A DNA stretch of 64,000 nt, taken from positions 250,495 through 314,494 of the forward strand of contig JBGAUV010000001.1 of the NCBI GenBank assembly GCA_044228445.1, in the 5' to 3' direction. Both the position numbers and the translations under genes were made by a program. Shown here in pieces: positions 8,958-19,059 of this stretch (position 1 is its first letter; each line of letters begins with the position of its first letter). Below the pieces are notes generated by a model. It was not told the origin of the DNA. It saw nothing but the letters and a program-made list of their open reading frames with translations, and ran no database searches. The stretch is from Minisyncoccia bacterium. Lineage in GTDB: Bacteria; Patescibacteriota; Minisyncoccia; Phycocordibacterales; PALSA-1337.

Positions 8958-9695
8958 ATGAAAACACAAACATATACACTAAAGGACAATAATCTATTTT
9001 TGGATGGATCGATAAGAGAATACGTATATAAAATTCGAGACTTACCACTAGATAGAAAACCTAGAGAAAAACTTATAAAACAAGGACCAGAATCATTGTC
9101 AGTCCAAGAGCTTTTGGCAGTGATTTTAAATGTTGGAAGTAAAAGTGAAGATGTTCTTGCTATGTCCAATAGGATAATGAGAGAGTATGGAGAGAGAAGT
9201 ATTATTGCAGAAAAGAATGCAGAAAAGCTCTCACTTGATTTAAACATACCTATCATAAAAGCTTGTCAGATTATTGCTTGTGGAGAAATAGGTAGAAGAT
9301 TTTATGAAAAAAATAAATCTGGTTTTACTGTAATAAGAAATGCACGTGATGTATATGAGTACCTTATTGATATGAGAAATTTACCGAAAGAGCATTTAAG
9401 AGGGCTATATTTAAATAGTCATAATAGAATAATTCATGATGAAGTAATATCTATAGGTACGATAAATACAAATATCGTTCACCCAAGAGAAATATTTAGA
9501 CCAGGAATAGAGTATACATGCGCAGCTGTTGTCTTGGCTCACAATCATCCTTCAGGCGTGTGTACTCCAAGTACTCAAGATATAGAAATTACAGAACAAA
9601 TAATCCAAGCAGGAAAAGTTGTAGGAATAAATGTCTTGGATCATGTGATTATTACAAAAGATAGTTTTGTAAGTATTAGTGCAAATTATAATTAA
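8958..9695 (+). CDS. radC: RadC-family JAB/MPN domain protein
   Basis: ELLAVIL N-terminal HhH region; C-terminal HNHPSG JAMM motif. Confidence 0.85.
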   Translation: MKTQTYTLKDNNLFLDGSIREYVYKIRDLPLDRKPREKLIKQGPESLSVQELLAVILNVGSKSEDVLAMSNRIMREYGERSIIAEKNAEKLSLDLNIPIIKACQIIACGEIGRRFYEKNKSGFTVIRNARDVYEYLIDMRNLPKEHLRGLYLNSHNRIIHDEVISIGTINTNIVHPREIFRPGIEYTCAAVVLAHNHPSGVCTPSTQDIEITEQIIQAGKVVGINVLDHVIITKDSFVSISANYN

Positions 9696-9704
9696 TAAAA
9701 ATAT

Positions 9705-10019
9705 ATGAGAACAATATACAATACACCACCAAATATATACGGAATTCTTTCTGATGATCATATGTTTTTCGAAGGAGTAAATAGGCCTAGTGAAATATAT
9801 AGCATTAGAGATGGAATAAATGAAAAAGATAATATTTTGATTTTAGAAAAATATTTAAATGATTTATACAATCTCTTTTTGAGAAAGATATCAACTTATG
9901 TAACTATACAAACCAATATTGTTGAAGATTCAATAAAACTCCAAGCATTATTACAAGAAATAATAAAGGTAAAAGATCTCATTGAAAAAGCTTCATCTCC
10001 GGATATAATGAAAGAGTGA
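9705..10019 (+). CDS. Hypothetical protein
   Basis: ORF with a GTGA stop/start overlap onto murD; no motif. Confidence 0.4.
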   Translation: MRTIYNTPPNIYGILSDDHMFFEGVNRPSEIYSIRDGINEKDNILILEKYLNDLYNLFLRKISTYVTIQTNIVEDSIKLQALLQEIIKVKDLIEKASSPDIMKE

Positions 10020-11353
10020 ACTATAAAGAATATTTCAAGGATAAAAACATAGCTATAGTGGGTTTGGGTCAATATGGTGAAATGATACCCGATATCAAGT
10101 TTTTAAAGGCTTTAAAGGCCAATATAACGATATATGACCCTAGAAGTGAGAGTAAGTTACGCTCTATAATATCAAAAATGGCTCCAAACCTTAAAAAACT
10201 GCTTTTAACAGGCAGTATTCCTAGTCAGGATCTTGCTTTAAAAGATCTCATAATACTATCTTCAGATATAAATTCTAAGTCCCTTTTTTTGAGAAAAGCT
10301 AGAGAAGCTGGTGTTCCAATAGAATATCAAGAGATTCTTTTCTTAAAATATTCACCAAATATTACTTTACTGGGTATTGCAGGTTCTTATGGAAAGACAT
10401 CTATATCAAAGATGTTAAATTCAATTTTTAAACAATCATTGTCACTAGATTCAAATCAAAGCTTATTTTATATCGATCATGAATCAAGTTCAGGTTATAT
10501 ATCAAATTTAAAAAAGATAAAACCAGGAGATATAGTATTGTCTGAAATACCTGAGCATATGATAAAAGAGTATAGAAAGGCTCGTATCAACCCACACATA
10601 GCAGTTATAACATCATTAACATCAACAGGAGAAGGTGGAGACAATGAAGTCTTTGGTTTACTTGAATATCAAACTTATAATAACTTTATTATTGCACCAG
10701 ATATTGTTATTGATAATTTAAGAAAAAGGGCAGGTTTTACAGCTAGAGCAAAAATATTTAGAACTAGAGTCGGTATAGTTCCAAATAATTGGAATTTATC
10801 AAAACATTCTCCACATGATTTAGAAAATTTATCCTTGGTATTACAAGTGTGTGAAATATTAAAAATTGAAAAAGATACTATTAGATTGGTTATTGAAAAA
10901 TTCAAAGGTATAAAAGGACATATGGAATATGTAAAGAATATTCGTGGTATAGATTTTTATAATGATGGTGCATCCATAAGCCCATATGCAACAGAAAATG
11001 CAATTATAAATATTTCAAATGGTAATGAAGAAAAAAATATAGTTCTTATACTTGGTGGAGCATATACAGGTTATGAATATGATAGGCTAATAAATATTGT
11101 GAAAATCAAGGTTAAAACAGTAATATGTTTACCTGGTAGTGGAACTGTTGGATTTAGAAATATGCTTTTAGATATTCAAGATTTAAATTTCAAGCAAGTA
11201 TTAAATATAGAAGAAGCAATAAAATATGTAAAAGATAGTGCTATAAAAGGGGATAAGGTAGTCTTTAGTCCAGCTTGTCTTGCTATTGGTTTATTTGAAA
11301 ATAGAATAGATAGGATTGAAAAATTTAATAAAATAATAAAGAGTTTTAAATAA
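10016..11353 (+). CDS. murD: UDP-N-acetylmuramoylalanine--D-glutamate ligase (Mur ligase family)
   Basis: N-terminal KNIAIVGLGQYG Rossmann-like motif; P-loop GIAGSYGKTS; MurD-like length. Confidence 0.7.
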   Translation: MNYKEYFKDKNIAIVGLGQYGEMIPDIKFLKALKANITIYDPRSESKLRSIISKMAPNLKKLLLTGSIPSQDLALKDLIILSSDINSKSLFLRKAREAGVPIEYQEILFLKYSPNITLLGIAGSYGKTSISKMLNSIFKQSLSLDSNQSLFYIDHESSSGYISNLKKIKPGDIVLSEIPEHMIKEYRKARINPHIAVITSLTSTGEGGDNEVFGLLEYQTYNNFIIAPDIVIDNLRKRAGFTARAKIFRTRVGIVPNNWNLSKHSPHDLENLSLVLQVCEILKIEKDTIRLVIEKFKGIKGHMEYVKNIRGIDFYNDGASISPYATENAIINISNGNEEKNIVLILGGAYTGYEYDRLINIVKIKVKTVICLPGSGTVGFRNMLLDIQDLNFKQVLNIEEAIKYVKDSAIKGDKVVFSPACLAIGLFENRIDRIEKFNKIIKSFK

Positions 11354-11354
11354 A

Positions 11355-12245
11355 CTAGTCACCACAAATGATACATACACTTATACCTGTTAAATCTCTT
11401 GTATAACTATCTTTCATAAGTCCAACTATCGATAAAGCACTATTTGTAGAAATATCTAAACCTGTATTATTTTTTACTAAAACAATAGCATTATTTATTT
11501 CTTCATTTGTAGCTATATATCCTTTTCCTCCAGTCTGTTTTATTAATTCAATAACCTTTTCTTTTCTAATTACTGTTTGATCGACTATTGCATCAGCTAC
11601 TGATATTTCATTTTTTGGTATGTCTTCTGTAATTTCATTTACCATAAAATGACAACTTGAAGTTTGTATAATATTTACTTCTATTTTATTTTTATTATTA
11701 ATAAAGTATTGTGCTAAAGCTTGTGCAGTAGTACCAGATGAAGTACCAATGTAAATCCTTTTTATATCTTTTATTTTTGATATTTCTTGAGCAAGACTCT
11801 CATAACCTAATAATGCTATATCATCTGTTGATTGTCTTAAGCTTTTTATATTTTGATCTTTTATTCTTTCAAATAATGATTGAAGAGGTTTTTCTACCTG
11901 ACTAATTCTTATATTTTCATCTTTTATTTTATAAAGTTTATTAAGTTTATTTTTATTTACTTTATTACCAATAAGAATTTCAAGTTTTATTTTTTCTTGG
12001 TTTTTATCATTTATTTCTTTTATATATAGAGCTGAAGCTAAACCTGCATTACCAGAAGAAGAAATAGCAAATTCCTTATAACCATGTTTAATATAATGAT
12101 CTATCATAAGAGGTAGAGATCGTCCCTTGTGAGAACCGTATGGGTGCATATCCTCCCTTTTTAATACTATACTCGCTCCTATTGCTAAGTTTAAGTCCTT
12201 GTATTCTTCATTTGGGGTGATGTTTTTTATTGATGACTTTTGCAT
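11355..12245 (-). CDS. Fold-type II PLP-dependent enzyme (Trp-synthase-beta / threonine-synthase-like)
   Basis: GSHKGRS resembles the S-x-K-D/G-R PLP-lysine motif; GTSSGTTAQ glycine-rich loop. Confidence 0.5.
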   Translation of the reverse strand: MQKSSIKNITPNEEYKDLNLAIGASIVLKREDMHPYGSHKGRSLPLMIDHYIKHGYKEFAISSSGNAGLASALYIKEINDKNQEKIKLEILIGNKVNKNKLNKLYKIKDENIRISQVEKPLQSLFERIKDQNIKSLRQSTDDIALLGYESLAQEISKIKDIKRIYIGTSSGTTAQALAQYFINNKNKIEVNIIQTSSCHFMVNEITEDIPKNEISVADAIVDQTVIRKEKVIELIKQTGGKGYIATNEEINNAIVLVKNNTGLDISTNSALSIVGLMKDSYTRDLTGISVCIICGD

Positions 12246-12293
12246 ATTGATATACTACACTCTTTTGTGTACTATTAGAAGACATAGAAATAT

Positions 12294-12458
12294 ATGAAAT
12301 CAATTTGTCCAGAATGTAAAAACAGTATCGACATTTCACGATATCCAAATATTAAAGAGGGTATGGTTATTGAGTGTAATCATTGTGGTATCACTCTTCT
12401 TGTAAAAAGTATAAAAGATAACAATATAGTTACAGATATAGTTGATGAAAGTAAATAA
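12294..12458 (+). CDS. 54-aa zinc-ribbon protein, LysW-like architecture
   Basis: MKSICPECKNSI...VIECNHCGITLLV...DIVDESK: two CxxC pairs and an acidic tail; not in the ORF track (<60 aa). Confidence 0.5.
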   Translation: MKSICPECKNSIDISRYPNIKEGMVIECNHCGITLLVKSIKDNNIVTDIVDESK

Positions 12459-12461
12459 TAT

Positions 12462-13841
12462 TTATTTACTTAGTCTCTTTACTGTTTCTTCTATCATACC
12501 TCTAAAACCGTGAGATCCTAAAAAGGCGATAATATCTCCTTTTTTTGTATTTAATAATAAGAAGTTTATTAATTCTTCATCATCTTCTATGTATAGGGTG
12601 TTTTTATGTGTATTTGAAATTACGTTAGCAAGTTCTTTTCCATCCATAGGCTTTTTATCTTCATTCTCATTGATTTTCAATTTTGATAATCTAGGTATTA
12701 TTACTATGTCTGAATCAATAAAAGCATTTTTATAACTTCCACTTGCATCAATCTCTCTTCCTCCAATATTTGGTTCGAATACCGTAATAATTTTGCCTTT
12801 ATATATAGATCTTAAACAATTCAAAACTGAAATTGCTTTTTCTCCAGAATGAGCAATATCATCTATTACTTTTATATCACCATCATATCTTTTTTCTAAT
12901 CTTCTTTTCATACCTTTGAATTTTTCTATAGATGATATTATTTTTTCTGGTGATAGTCCTATATTGTGTGCCATAGCAAAAGCGCCAGTAATATTCTCAG
13001 CTTGAAAACTTCCTAATAATTGAGATTTAATATCATATGTATTATCTTTATGTTTTATTTTAAATTCCAAACCATTTTCATTTTGAATTATGTCTTTATA
13101 AACATAGTCAGCATTTTCTTTACCATAAAATATTGCTTTATCTAGTATCTTTTTTATTCCAGAATTATCTTTATTGGCAACGATCACTCCATTTTCTGGA
13201 ATGCTATTTATTAAATTTTTAAATACATCAAAATAACTTTTTTCACTAGGGTAAAGATCAGCATGATCCCAAGACACGGCTGTAAGTATTAAATGACTTG
13301 GTTTATAGTAATAAAACTTCGGTTTATTATCCCAAATAGCTGTTTTATATTCATCTCCTTCAACAACACTTATATTTGAATCAGACAAACTACCAGATTT
13401 ATGTGAAAGGGAAACACCACCAGTAAAATAACTGGGCTTCATATTATTATCAAGTAAAATAAAAGATAAAAGGGAAGATATGGTAGTTTTTCCCCAAGTT
13501 CCTGTTACTACTATTGATGTATCTTTTACGATGTATCTACCTATTGCTTCAGCAAATGATAAAACTTCTATACCTTTTTCTTTAGCATACATTATTTCAG
13601 GATTTGAAAGACTTGTCCCACTTCCTCCTGCAATTATCACATTTGGCTCACCAATATTTTCAGGGTGCCAACCCGCATAAAAATACACACCATTTTTTTC
13701 AAGATCTGTTGAAACTGGCGGAAAAAACCCTTTATCAGAACCGGTAACTTTATATCCTTGATCTTTTAAAGCAATAGCAATGGCGCTAGTAGCTACACCG
13801 CAAATTCCTACTATATGAATATGAAATGGTCCTGTGGACAT
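12462..13841 (-). CDS. Mur ligase, MurC/Mpl family
   Basis: HIHIVGICGVATSAIAIALKDQGYKVTGSD closely resembles the Mpl/MurC N-terminus; P-loop TGTWGKTT. Confidence 0.8.
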   Translation of the reverse strand: MSTGPFHIHIVGICGVATSAIAIALKDQGYKVTGSDKGFFPPVSTDLEKNGVYFYAGWHPENIGEPNVIIAGGSGTSLSNPEIMYAKEKGIEVLSFAEAIGRYIVKDTSIVVTGTWGKTTISSLLSFILLDNNMKPSYFTGGVSLSHKSGSLSDSNISVVEGDEYKTAIWDNKPKFYYYKPSHLILTAVSWDHADLYPSEKSYFDVFKNLINSIPENGVIVANKDNSGIKKILDKAIFYGKENADYVYKDIIQNENGLEFKIKHKDNTYDIKSQLLGSFQAENITGAFAMAHNIGLSPEKIISSIEKFKGMKRRLEKRYDGDIKVIDDIAHSGEKAISVLNCLRSIYKGKIITVFEPNIGGREIDASGSYKNAFIDSDIVIIPRLSKLKINENEDKKPMDGKELANVISNTHKNTLYIEDDEELINFLLLNTKKGDIIAFLGSHGFRGMIEETVKRLSK

Positions 13842-13842
13842 A

Positions 13843-14502
13843 TTATTGTAAATTATTAAGTAAATCTTTTATTTGTTTTAAATCTTGTTTCCATTCTTTT
13901 CCATCGAACCATTCTATGCCTTCAAATTGAAGTTTATATACATCACTTGGTCTTTGTAGTGAACCTAGGTAAACATATTTTAATCCAATATTTTTTGCAT
14001 ATTCAATAGTCTTTGTCATCATTATTATACCCATATCTCTCGGAGATTTTTCTATATCGTAGAATGGATAACAATAATGTATAAAGTCACTGTTTTTATA
14101 ACATATAGCATAACCGCTATTGTTGAAATTTAATAATACATTAAAATTATGTTCTGTGGTAATTATTTCTTTTATTTTATTTGCAGAAAAAGCACCACCA
14201 GCTTTTTTATCATAAAAGTCTTTTGCAATTTTTCCTATCTGCCAAGAATAATTAGAATAGGGAATTGTTTCAATTTTCATATCAATGTTTTCACCTTTTC
14301 TAAGTATCCTTCTATTTTCACTAGTTAAATTAAATTTATTTAAATTAATTCTAACTGATCTAGTTTGTTGAATAGTGTCTTTTTGTATACGAGTAAATAC
14401 ATAACCGTTATTGTATAAACTAGTTATATCATCATCATGTTTTATATCCTTTTGATCCCAGTGTAAATATTCCATACTAGTGAAGTGCAAGCCAAACTCC
14501 AA
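13843..14502 (-). CDS. Ate/Bpt-family (aminoacyl-tRNA--protein transferase-like, GNAT fold) protein
   Basis: R-x-INLNKF-x-LTSENRRILRK and HYCYPFYD...MGIIMMTKTIEYAKNIGLKYVYLG...YKLQF match ATE_N/ATE_C signature patterns from memory. Confidence 0.5.
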   Translation of the reverse strand: MEFGLHFTSMEYLHWDQKDIKHDDDITSLYNNGYVFTRIQKDTIQQTRSVRINLNKFNLTSENRRILRKGENIDMKIETIPYSNYSWQIGKIAKDFYDKKAGGAFSANKIKEIITTEHNFNVLLNFNNSGYAICYKNSDFIHYCYPFYDIEKSPRDMGIIMMTKTIEYAKNIGLKYVYLGSLQRPSDVYKLQFEGIEWFDGKEWKQDLKQIKDLLNNLQ

Positions 14503-15604
14503 TTACAACAAAAATAAAATGTATAATCCAGAATCTCATTATTGTTTTTTCTTCACTCCAACCAGTCATTTCAAAATGATGGTGAATTGGTGCCATTTTA
14601 AATATTCTTTTACCAAATACATATTTACTAAATACTTGTATCAAAACTGATATTGCTTCTATGTAGAACATAAAACCTAAAAAGAATAATGCACTTATTT
14701 CTCCAATTGCCAAAGTATTTACAGCAAGTAAAGCTCCAAGCCCTAAAGATCCAACATCACCCATCATAAATCTAGCGGGTTTAATATTGAAATATGTATA
14801 TGATACAAGTGCTCCAACTACAGTAGAATTTAATACTGCAATTTCACCAAAACCATTTATCCAAGACATTAGTGTTAAAGCTGAAAAAGTGGGTATAAGC
14901 ATTCCACCAGCAAGTCCATCCATACCATCAGCAATATTTACTGCATTTGCAGTGAACATAACTATAAAAATAACAATTGGTATTATAAGCCAACCTGCAT
15001 ACCATTCGAAACCAAAAGGAAAATATATATTATGCCAAGCTGGACCTAGTTTGTCATAAACCCACCAAGCTGTAATTGAACCAGCAATAAACTGTAGTAC
15101 AAGTTTTTCATGAACTGCCACACCTCTTACTGTTCTTGATCCAATCCAAACTGAAGTTCTTTTAAATATAGTCCAAGGTAGAGTTACGGTATACCATAGT
15201 CTCATTTTAAATTCTTTATGAATTTTAATTAAATTTAAAACATGACTTAATTTTCTTGATCTTCTTTCACTACCAAATATATTCATTAAATCATCTATAC
15301 CACCAAGCATTGCAGAAAGTATCATTACTCCCACAGGTACCCATGTAAAACTTCTAGACCAATTAAAAAGTAAGGTCATAATTGCTACAACTATTATTAC
15401 TAAAAGACCTCCCATTATGGGCGTATTCTCTTTTCCAGTTCTTGAATCAAAACTAGTTAATTCAATTTTAGGTTGTTTGATAACTCTATACTTTTTTAAT
15501 ACATGTATAAGTAAAGGTGCACAAAGGAAAGCTATTAGACAGCTAAAAATAGAAAAACCTAGAATATAGCCAAGATCGGCCGTTCCTTCAAGTATGCTTA
15601 TCAT
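14477..15604 (-). CDS. mraY: Phospho-N-acetylmuramoyl-pentapeptide transferase
   Basis: NAVNIADGMDGLAGG, PIHHHFE motifs; 10 TM-like segments. Confidence 0.9.
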   Translation of the reverse strand: MISILEGTADLGYILGFSIFSCLIAFLCAPLLIHVLKKYRVIKQPKIELTSFDSRTGKENTPIMGGLLVIIVVAIMTLLFNWSRSFTWVPVGVMILSAMLGGIDDLMNIFGSERRSRKLSHVLNLIKIHKEFKMRLWYTVTLPWTIFKRTSVWIGSRTVRGVAVHEKLVLQFIAGSITAWWVYDKLGPAWHNIYFPFGFEWYAGWLIIPIVIFIVMFTANAVNIADGMDGLAGGMLIPTFSALTLMSWINGFGEIAVLNSTVVGALVSYTYFNIKPARFMMGDVGSLGLGALLAVNTLAIGEISALFFLGFMFYIEAISVLIQVFSKYVFGKRIFKMAPIHHHFEMTGWSEEKTIMRFWIIHFIFVVIGVWLALH

Positions 15605-15657
15605 ATTCTGTAATATTAGCCTAAAATAAGCCTTTTTTCAAACTTTATTTATGTGTA

Positions 15658-16437
15658 TTATTTAAAGAAATTTAACCTCAAAAGTTCAGTTGTAGAGTTC
15701 TTTGCGCCTATGTAAGTATAGTTATCTTCACCCGTTTTATCTGATTCTATCCATTTTTGTTCAATTAGACTTTTATTTATGTCAATGATTTCAATTATTC
15801 CATCATTTATACCATGACCATATTCTCCATGACTTGGCCAAGCTATGGAGTGTGTATAATGTATTTTTATAGGTATAAAGTTTTGATATTCCACTTGATA
15901 TACAACTAAAATATGATTTCTTTCTCCTGCTCCAGAATTTCTTTGCATAGTTATTATATCTCCAACTTTTACATCCTTTATTTCTATAGGGTGAGAATTT
16001 TCTTTTGATGCAAAAGTTTCAACATTGGTATTTTCAATTGGTCTCATCATTGATCTTATTTTTCCAATTATTCCTTTTGAAAAAGGAAAGGATAAATGTT
16101 TGTCTAAACTACCTTTACCCAAACTTATACTTTCAGCATTTAAAATATAATAAGCATAACCCGAACAATCTATTCCAATATTATGCATTACTAATATTTT
16201 TTTTAATTCTTCACTAGTAATATCTTTTATAGATATCTTTTCTTTCATTATTATTTGTTCAATCTCTTCAAATATTTCCTTTGGACTACCTTTACCATTT
16301 TCTACACGGAGTTTTGCTCTACCACCTGAGTGGCGATTGTTATAATAAGGTATAGAACAAATTGCATTACCAAGTTTGAAATTTTTATATTGATCAATTA
16401 TAGAAATAGCTTTTTCACTTAAAAATTTTGTATTCAT
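15658..16437 (-). CDS. NlpC/P60-like cysteine peptidase domain protein
   Basis: GIDCSGYAYYIL catalytic-Cys motif with downstream NHILVV His. Confidence 0.45.
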   Translation of the reverse strand: MNTKFLSEKAISIIDQYKNFKLGNAICSIPYYNNRHSGGRAKLRVENGKGSPKEIFEEIEQIIMKEKISIKDITSEELKKILVMHNIGIDCSGYAYYILNAESISLGKGSLDKHLSFPFSKGIIGKIRSMMRPIENTNVETFASKENSHPIEIKDVKVGDIITMQRNSGAGERNHILVVYQVEYQNFIPIKIHYTHSIAWPSHGEYGHGINDGIIEIIDINKSLIEQKWIESDKTGEDNYTYIGAKNSTTELLRLNFFK

Positions 16438-16443
16438 ATTGAG

Positions 16444-17568
16444 TTATATTATACATTCAAGTATAGACTTACCTCTTTTATTGAATTTATTATGTGTTTC
16501 CATTATACCCATAATACTTTGTATTCTAAACTCATCGCTATTTATCTTTGTATTATTATATTTAATTATATTATACCCATTCTCTTTTAAGGTATTTATA
16601 TCAATGGCAAAATCTTTTTTTGTTATTCTTTTAATAATTTGGGCTCCATCATTTATTTCAATAATATCTTCACTAATATCTTCATCTCTCAAAGCTTTTA
16701 TATGTGCTTCAAAAATTGTAATTCCTTTTATTCCTTCATTTCTATTCATCTTTTGAATTTCAGATTCATATGTAGTTGAAGCTGGTTGTCGAGCATTAAT
16801 CTCAATTAAAAATATTTTATCTCTCTGCTCATCATATATTACATCTATACCAAATAAGCCTTTCCATCCAGAATCTTTCATTTTTTGACCAATTTTATTT
16901 GCTATAGATTTTATTTCTTCAATTTGCAAATCTGTGAGTATGCTTGGCGGCACACTCCAATCATTACCAATTGTACTCATCATGTTTTCTGTAAAAGGTA
17001 ACATGCCGGTTATTTGATAACTTATATTTCCAAGTAGAATCTTATTTTTTCCAACAACAATGTTTAAAGTAAACATTGGCCCTTTTATGTATTCTGTAAC
17101 TCTTGCTTGTCTGTTTGGAAAGCTTGAAACTATAGTTTTTAATTCTTTCTCGCTATTTATTAGATATGTACCTTCACCAGTATGACTATGAGCCCATTGC
17201 AATATAAATGGTTTTTCTTTCCATACAATATCATTTCCTAATACTAAACTATGTTCCGGTAGTAAGTTTTCTAATTCTTTAAGCCAAGTAACTTGAGTTA
17301 TTTTATTTTCAATCATTTCTGATAATTCAGCTTTAGGGTTTAGTATTTCAAAATTATTCTCTTTAGCAATATTTTCTATTTGTATATTATTTTTAAATAC
17401 CAAAACCGAATATTTACCCTTTTTTATTTTATCGATATTTTTTTGATCCCTCAGTATATCAAGGGTGCTTTTTGTACCCTCAGAACTAAGTATTTCATAG
17501 GTATTATCTTGAGCCAGACTTTGAGCTCTTTCAGTATCTTTTGTTACATATAAGATTTTATTCTTCAT
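16444..17568 (-). CDS. ATP-grasp domain protein (not obviously Ddl)
   Basis: GLFGIDVIYDEQRDKIFLIEINARQPAST. Start moved to MKNKILYV, which lies downstream of a TGgTATAGT -10 element. Confidence 0.6.
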   Translation of the reverse strand: MKNKILYVTKDTERAQSLAQDNTYEILSSEGTKSTLDILRDQKNIDKIKKGKYSVLVFKNNIQIENIAKENNFEILNPKAELSEMIENKITQVTWLKELENLLPEHSLVLGNDIVWKEKPFILQWAHSHTGEGTYLINSEKELKTIVSSFPNRQARVTEYIKGPMFTLNIVVGKNKILLGNISYQITGMLPFTENMMSTIGNDWSVPPSILTDLQIEEIKSIANKIGQKMKDSGWKGLFGIDVIYDEQRDKIFLIEINARQPASTTYESEIQKMNRNEGIKGITIFEAHIKALRDEDISEDIIEINDGAQIIKRITKKDFAIDINTLKENGYNIIKYNNTKINSDEFRIQSIMGIMETHNKFNKRGKSILECII

Positions 17569-17640
17569 ATATTTCCACACTATACCATATATATAAAATA
17601 CCGTGTATAATGTCACTACATTAATTTAATATTAATTTTT

Positions 17641-17838
17641 ATGTCAAAAAGACAATTACTTTCTCTGATAGGTATATGGAATATATTCTTTTTATTTCTA
17701 GGAATTCCAGATACTTGGGATAAGATTATATCCGGAATTATGGGATTAATAATAATTTTAATTGCATACAAAATACCGCATGAATATAAAAAGACTGAAA
17801 TAAATAAAACCGATGGTGCATTTATAGAAAATAAATAG
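17641..17838 (+). CDS. Small membrane protein
   Basis: Two hydrophobic helices; ORF only. Confidence 0.4.
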   Translation: MSKRQLLSLIGIWNIFFLFLGIPDTWDKIISGIMGLIIILIAYKIPHEYKKTEINKTDGAFIENK

Positions 17839-17840
17839 TA

Positions 17841-19019
17841 ATGAGCTTTAAGGAAATTTATAAAAATAAGCTCTTATTAAATGGAACTGTATTCATAATA
17901 TTTCTTGTCGTCTCTGTAAAAATTTCTAACATACCTTTTATATATAATGCATATACTAGTTCAATAACTGATGCACTCGGTACAACAACAATACTTTTAA
18001 ATAAAAAGAAAATTGTTCATATACAAACCCCTGAACCAGTAAAAGCTGTTTATATGACTAGCTGGGTAGCGGGGAATATAAAATTAAGAAATAAAGTTAT
18101 TGATTTAATAGATAAGACAGAAATAAATTCCATTGTAATAGACATAAAGGATTATACAGGCAGAATAAGTTTTAAAGTTGATGATGAAAAATTAAAAGAA
18201 ATTGGTTCTGTAGAAGAAAGAATACCAGATATTGTTGGTTTGATTGATATGTTACATGAAAAAAATATTTATGTAATTGGTAGAATATCTAGTTTTCAAG
18301 ATTCATATTTTGTAAAGAAATTCCCTCAATATTCTGTAAAGACAAAGAGTGGGGAAGTTTGGAAGGATTATAAAGGAATAAGTTGGCTTGATGCTGGTGC
18401 CGAACCCGTATGGGATTATCTGGTTAATATAGGTAATGAAGCATATTCAAAAGGTTTTGATGAATTAAATTTTGACTACATACGTTTTCCTTCAGATGGA
18501 AACATGATAGATATTTCATATACTTTCGGTAAAGGTAGAAATAGAGTAGATGTAATGAAAGATTTTTATGCTTTTATTGATAAATCTTTTAGACCAAAAG
18601 GAATTCCAATTTCAGCAGATTTATTTGGTATGACAACTTCAAATAGTGATGACTTGGGAATAGGACAAATTCTTGGAAATGCACTTATGCATTTTGATTA
18701 TGTTGCGCCAATGATATATCCATCGCACTACCCACCAAACTTCAATGGTTGGCCAAATCCTGCAAAGAAACCATATGATGTTATCAAGTTTGCCCTTGAA
18801 AGGGGAGTGAATAAAGCTGCAATTGCTAGCACAAGTCCAAATAAACTACGTCCTTGGTTACAAGACTTTGGTATAAATGGTGTTCCATATACTCCAGATA
18901 TGGTTCGTGAACAAATTAAGGCTACATATGATGTTGGTCTTACGAGTTGGATGATGTGGAATGCTTCAAATAATTATTCTCTACCAGCATATGAAGTTGC
19001 AACTAGTACGGGAGTTTAG
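17841..19019 (+). CDS. Putative glycoside hydrolase (DUF4015-like TIM-barrel), membrane anchored
   Basis: GFDELNFDYIRFP motif; N-terminal TM anchor. Confidence 0.6.
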   Translation: MSFKEIYKNKLLLNGTVFIIFLVVSVKISNIPFIYNAYTSSITDALGTTTILLNKKKIVHIQTPEPVKAVYMTSWVAGNIKLRNKVIDLIDKTEINSIVIDIKDYTGRISFKVDDEKLKEIGSVEERIPDIVGLIDMLHEKNIYVIGRISSFQDSYFVKKFPQYSVKTKSGEVWKDYKGISWLDAGAEPVWDYLVNIGNEAYSKGFDELNFDYIRFPSDGNMIDISYTFGKGRNRVDVMKDFYAFIDKSFRPKGIPISADLFGMTTSNSDDLGIGQILGNALMHFDYVAPMIYPSHYPPNFNGWPNPAKKPYDVIKFALERGVNKAAIASTSPNKLRPWLQDFGINGVPYTPDMVREQIKATYDVGLTSWMMWNASNNYSLPAYEVATSTGV

Positions 19020-19023
19020 CTGT

Positions 19024-19053
19024 TGACAGAAAAGGTTGTTGCGTGCTAATATA
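19024..19053 (+). promoter_or_regulatory. Sigma70-type promoter TTGACA-N18-TAATAT with extended -10 (TGc)
   Basis: Read directly; immediately after the stop of the upstream gene. Confidence 0.55.
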
Positions 19054-19059
19054 TTTTTG

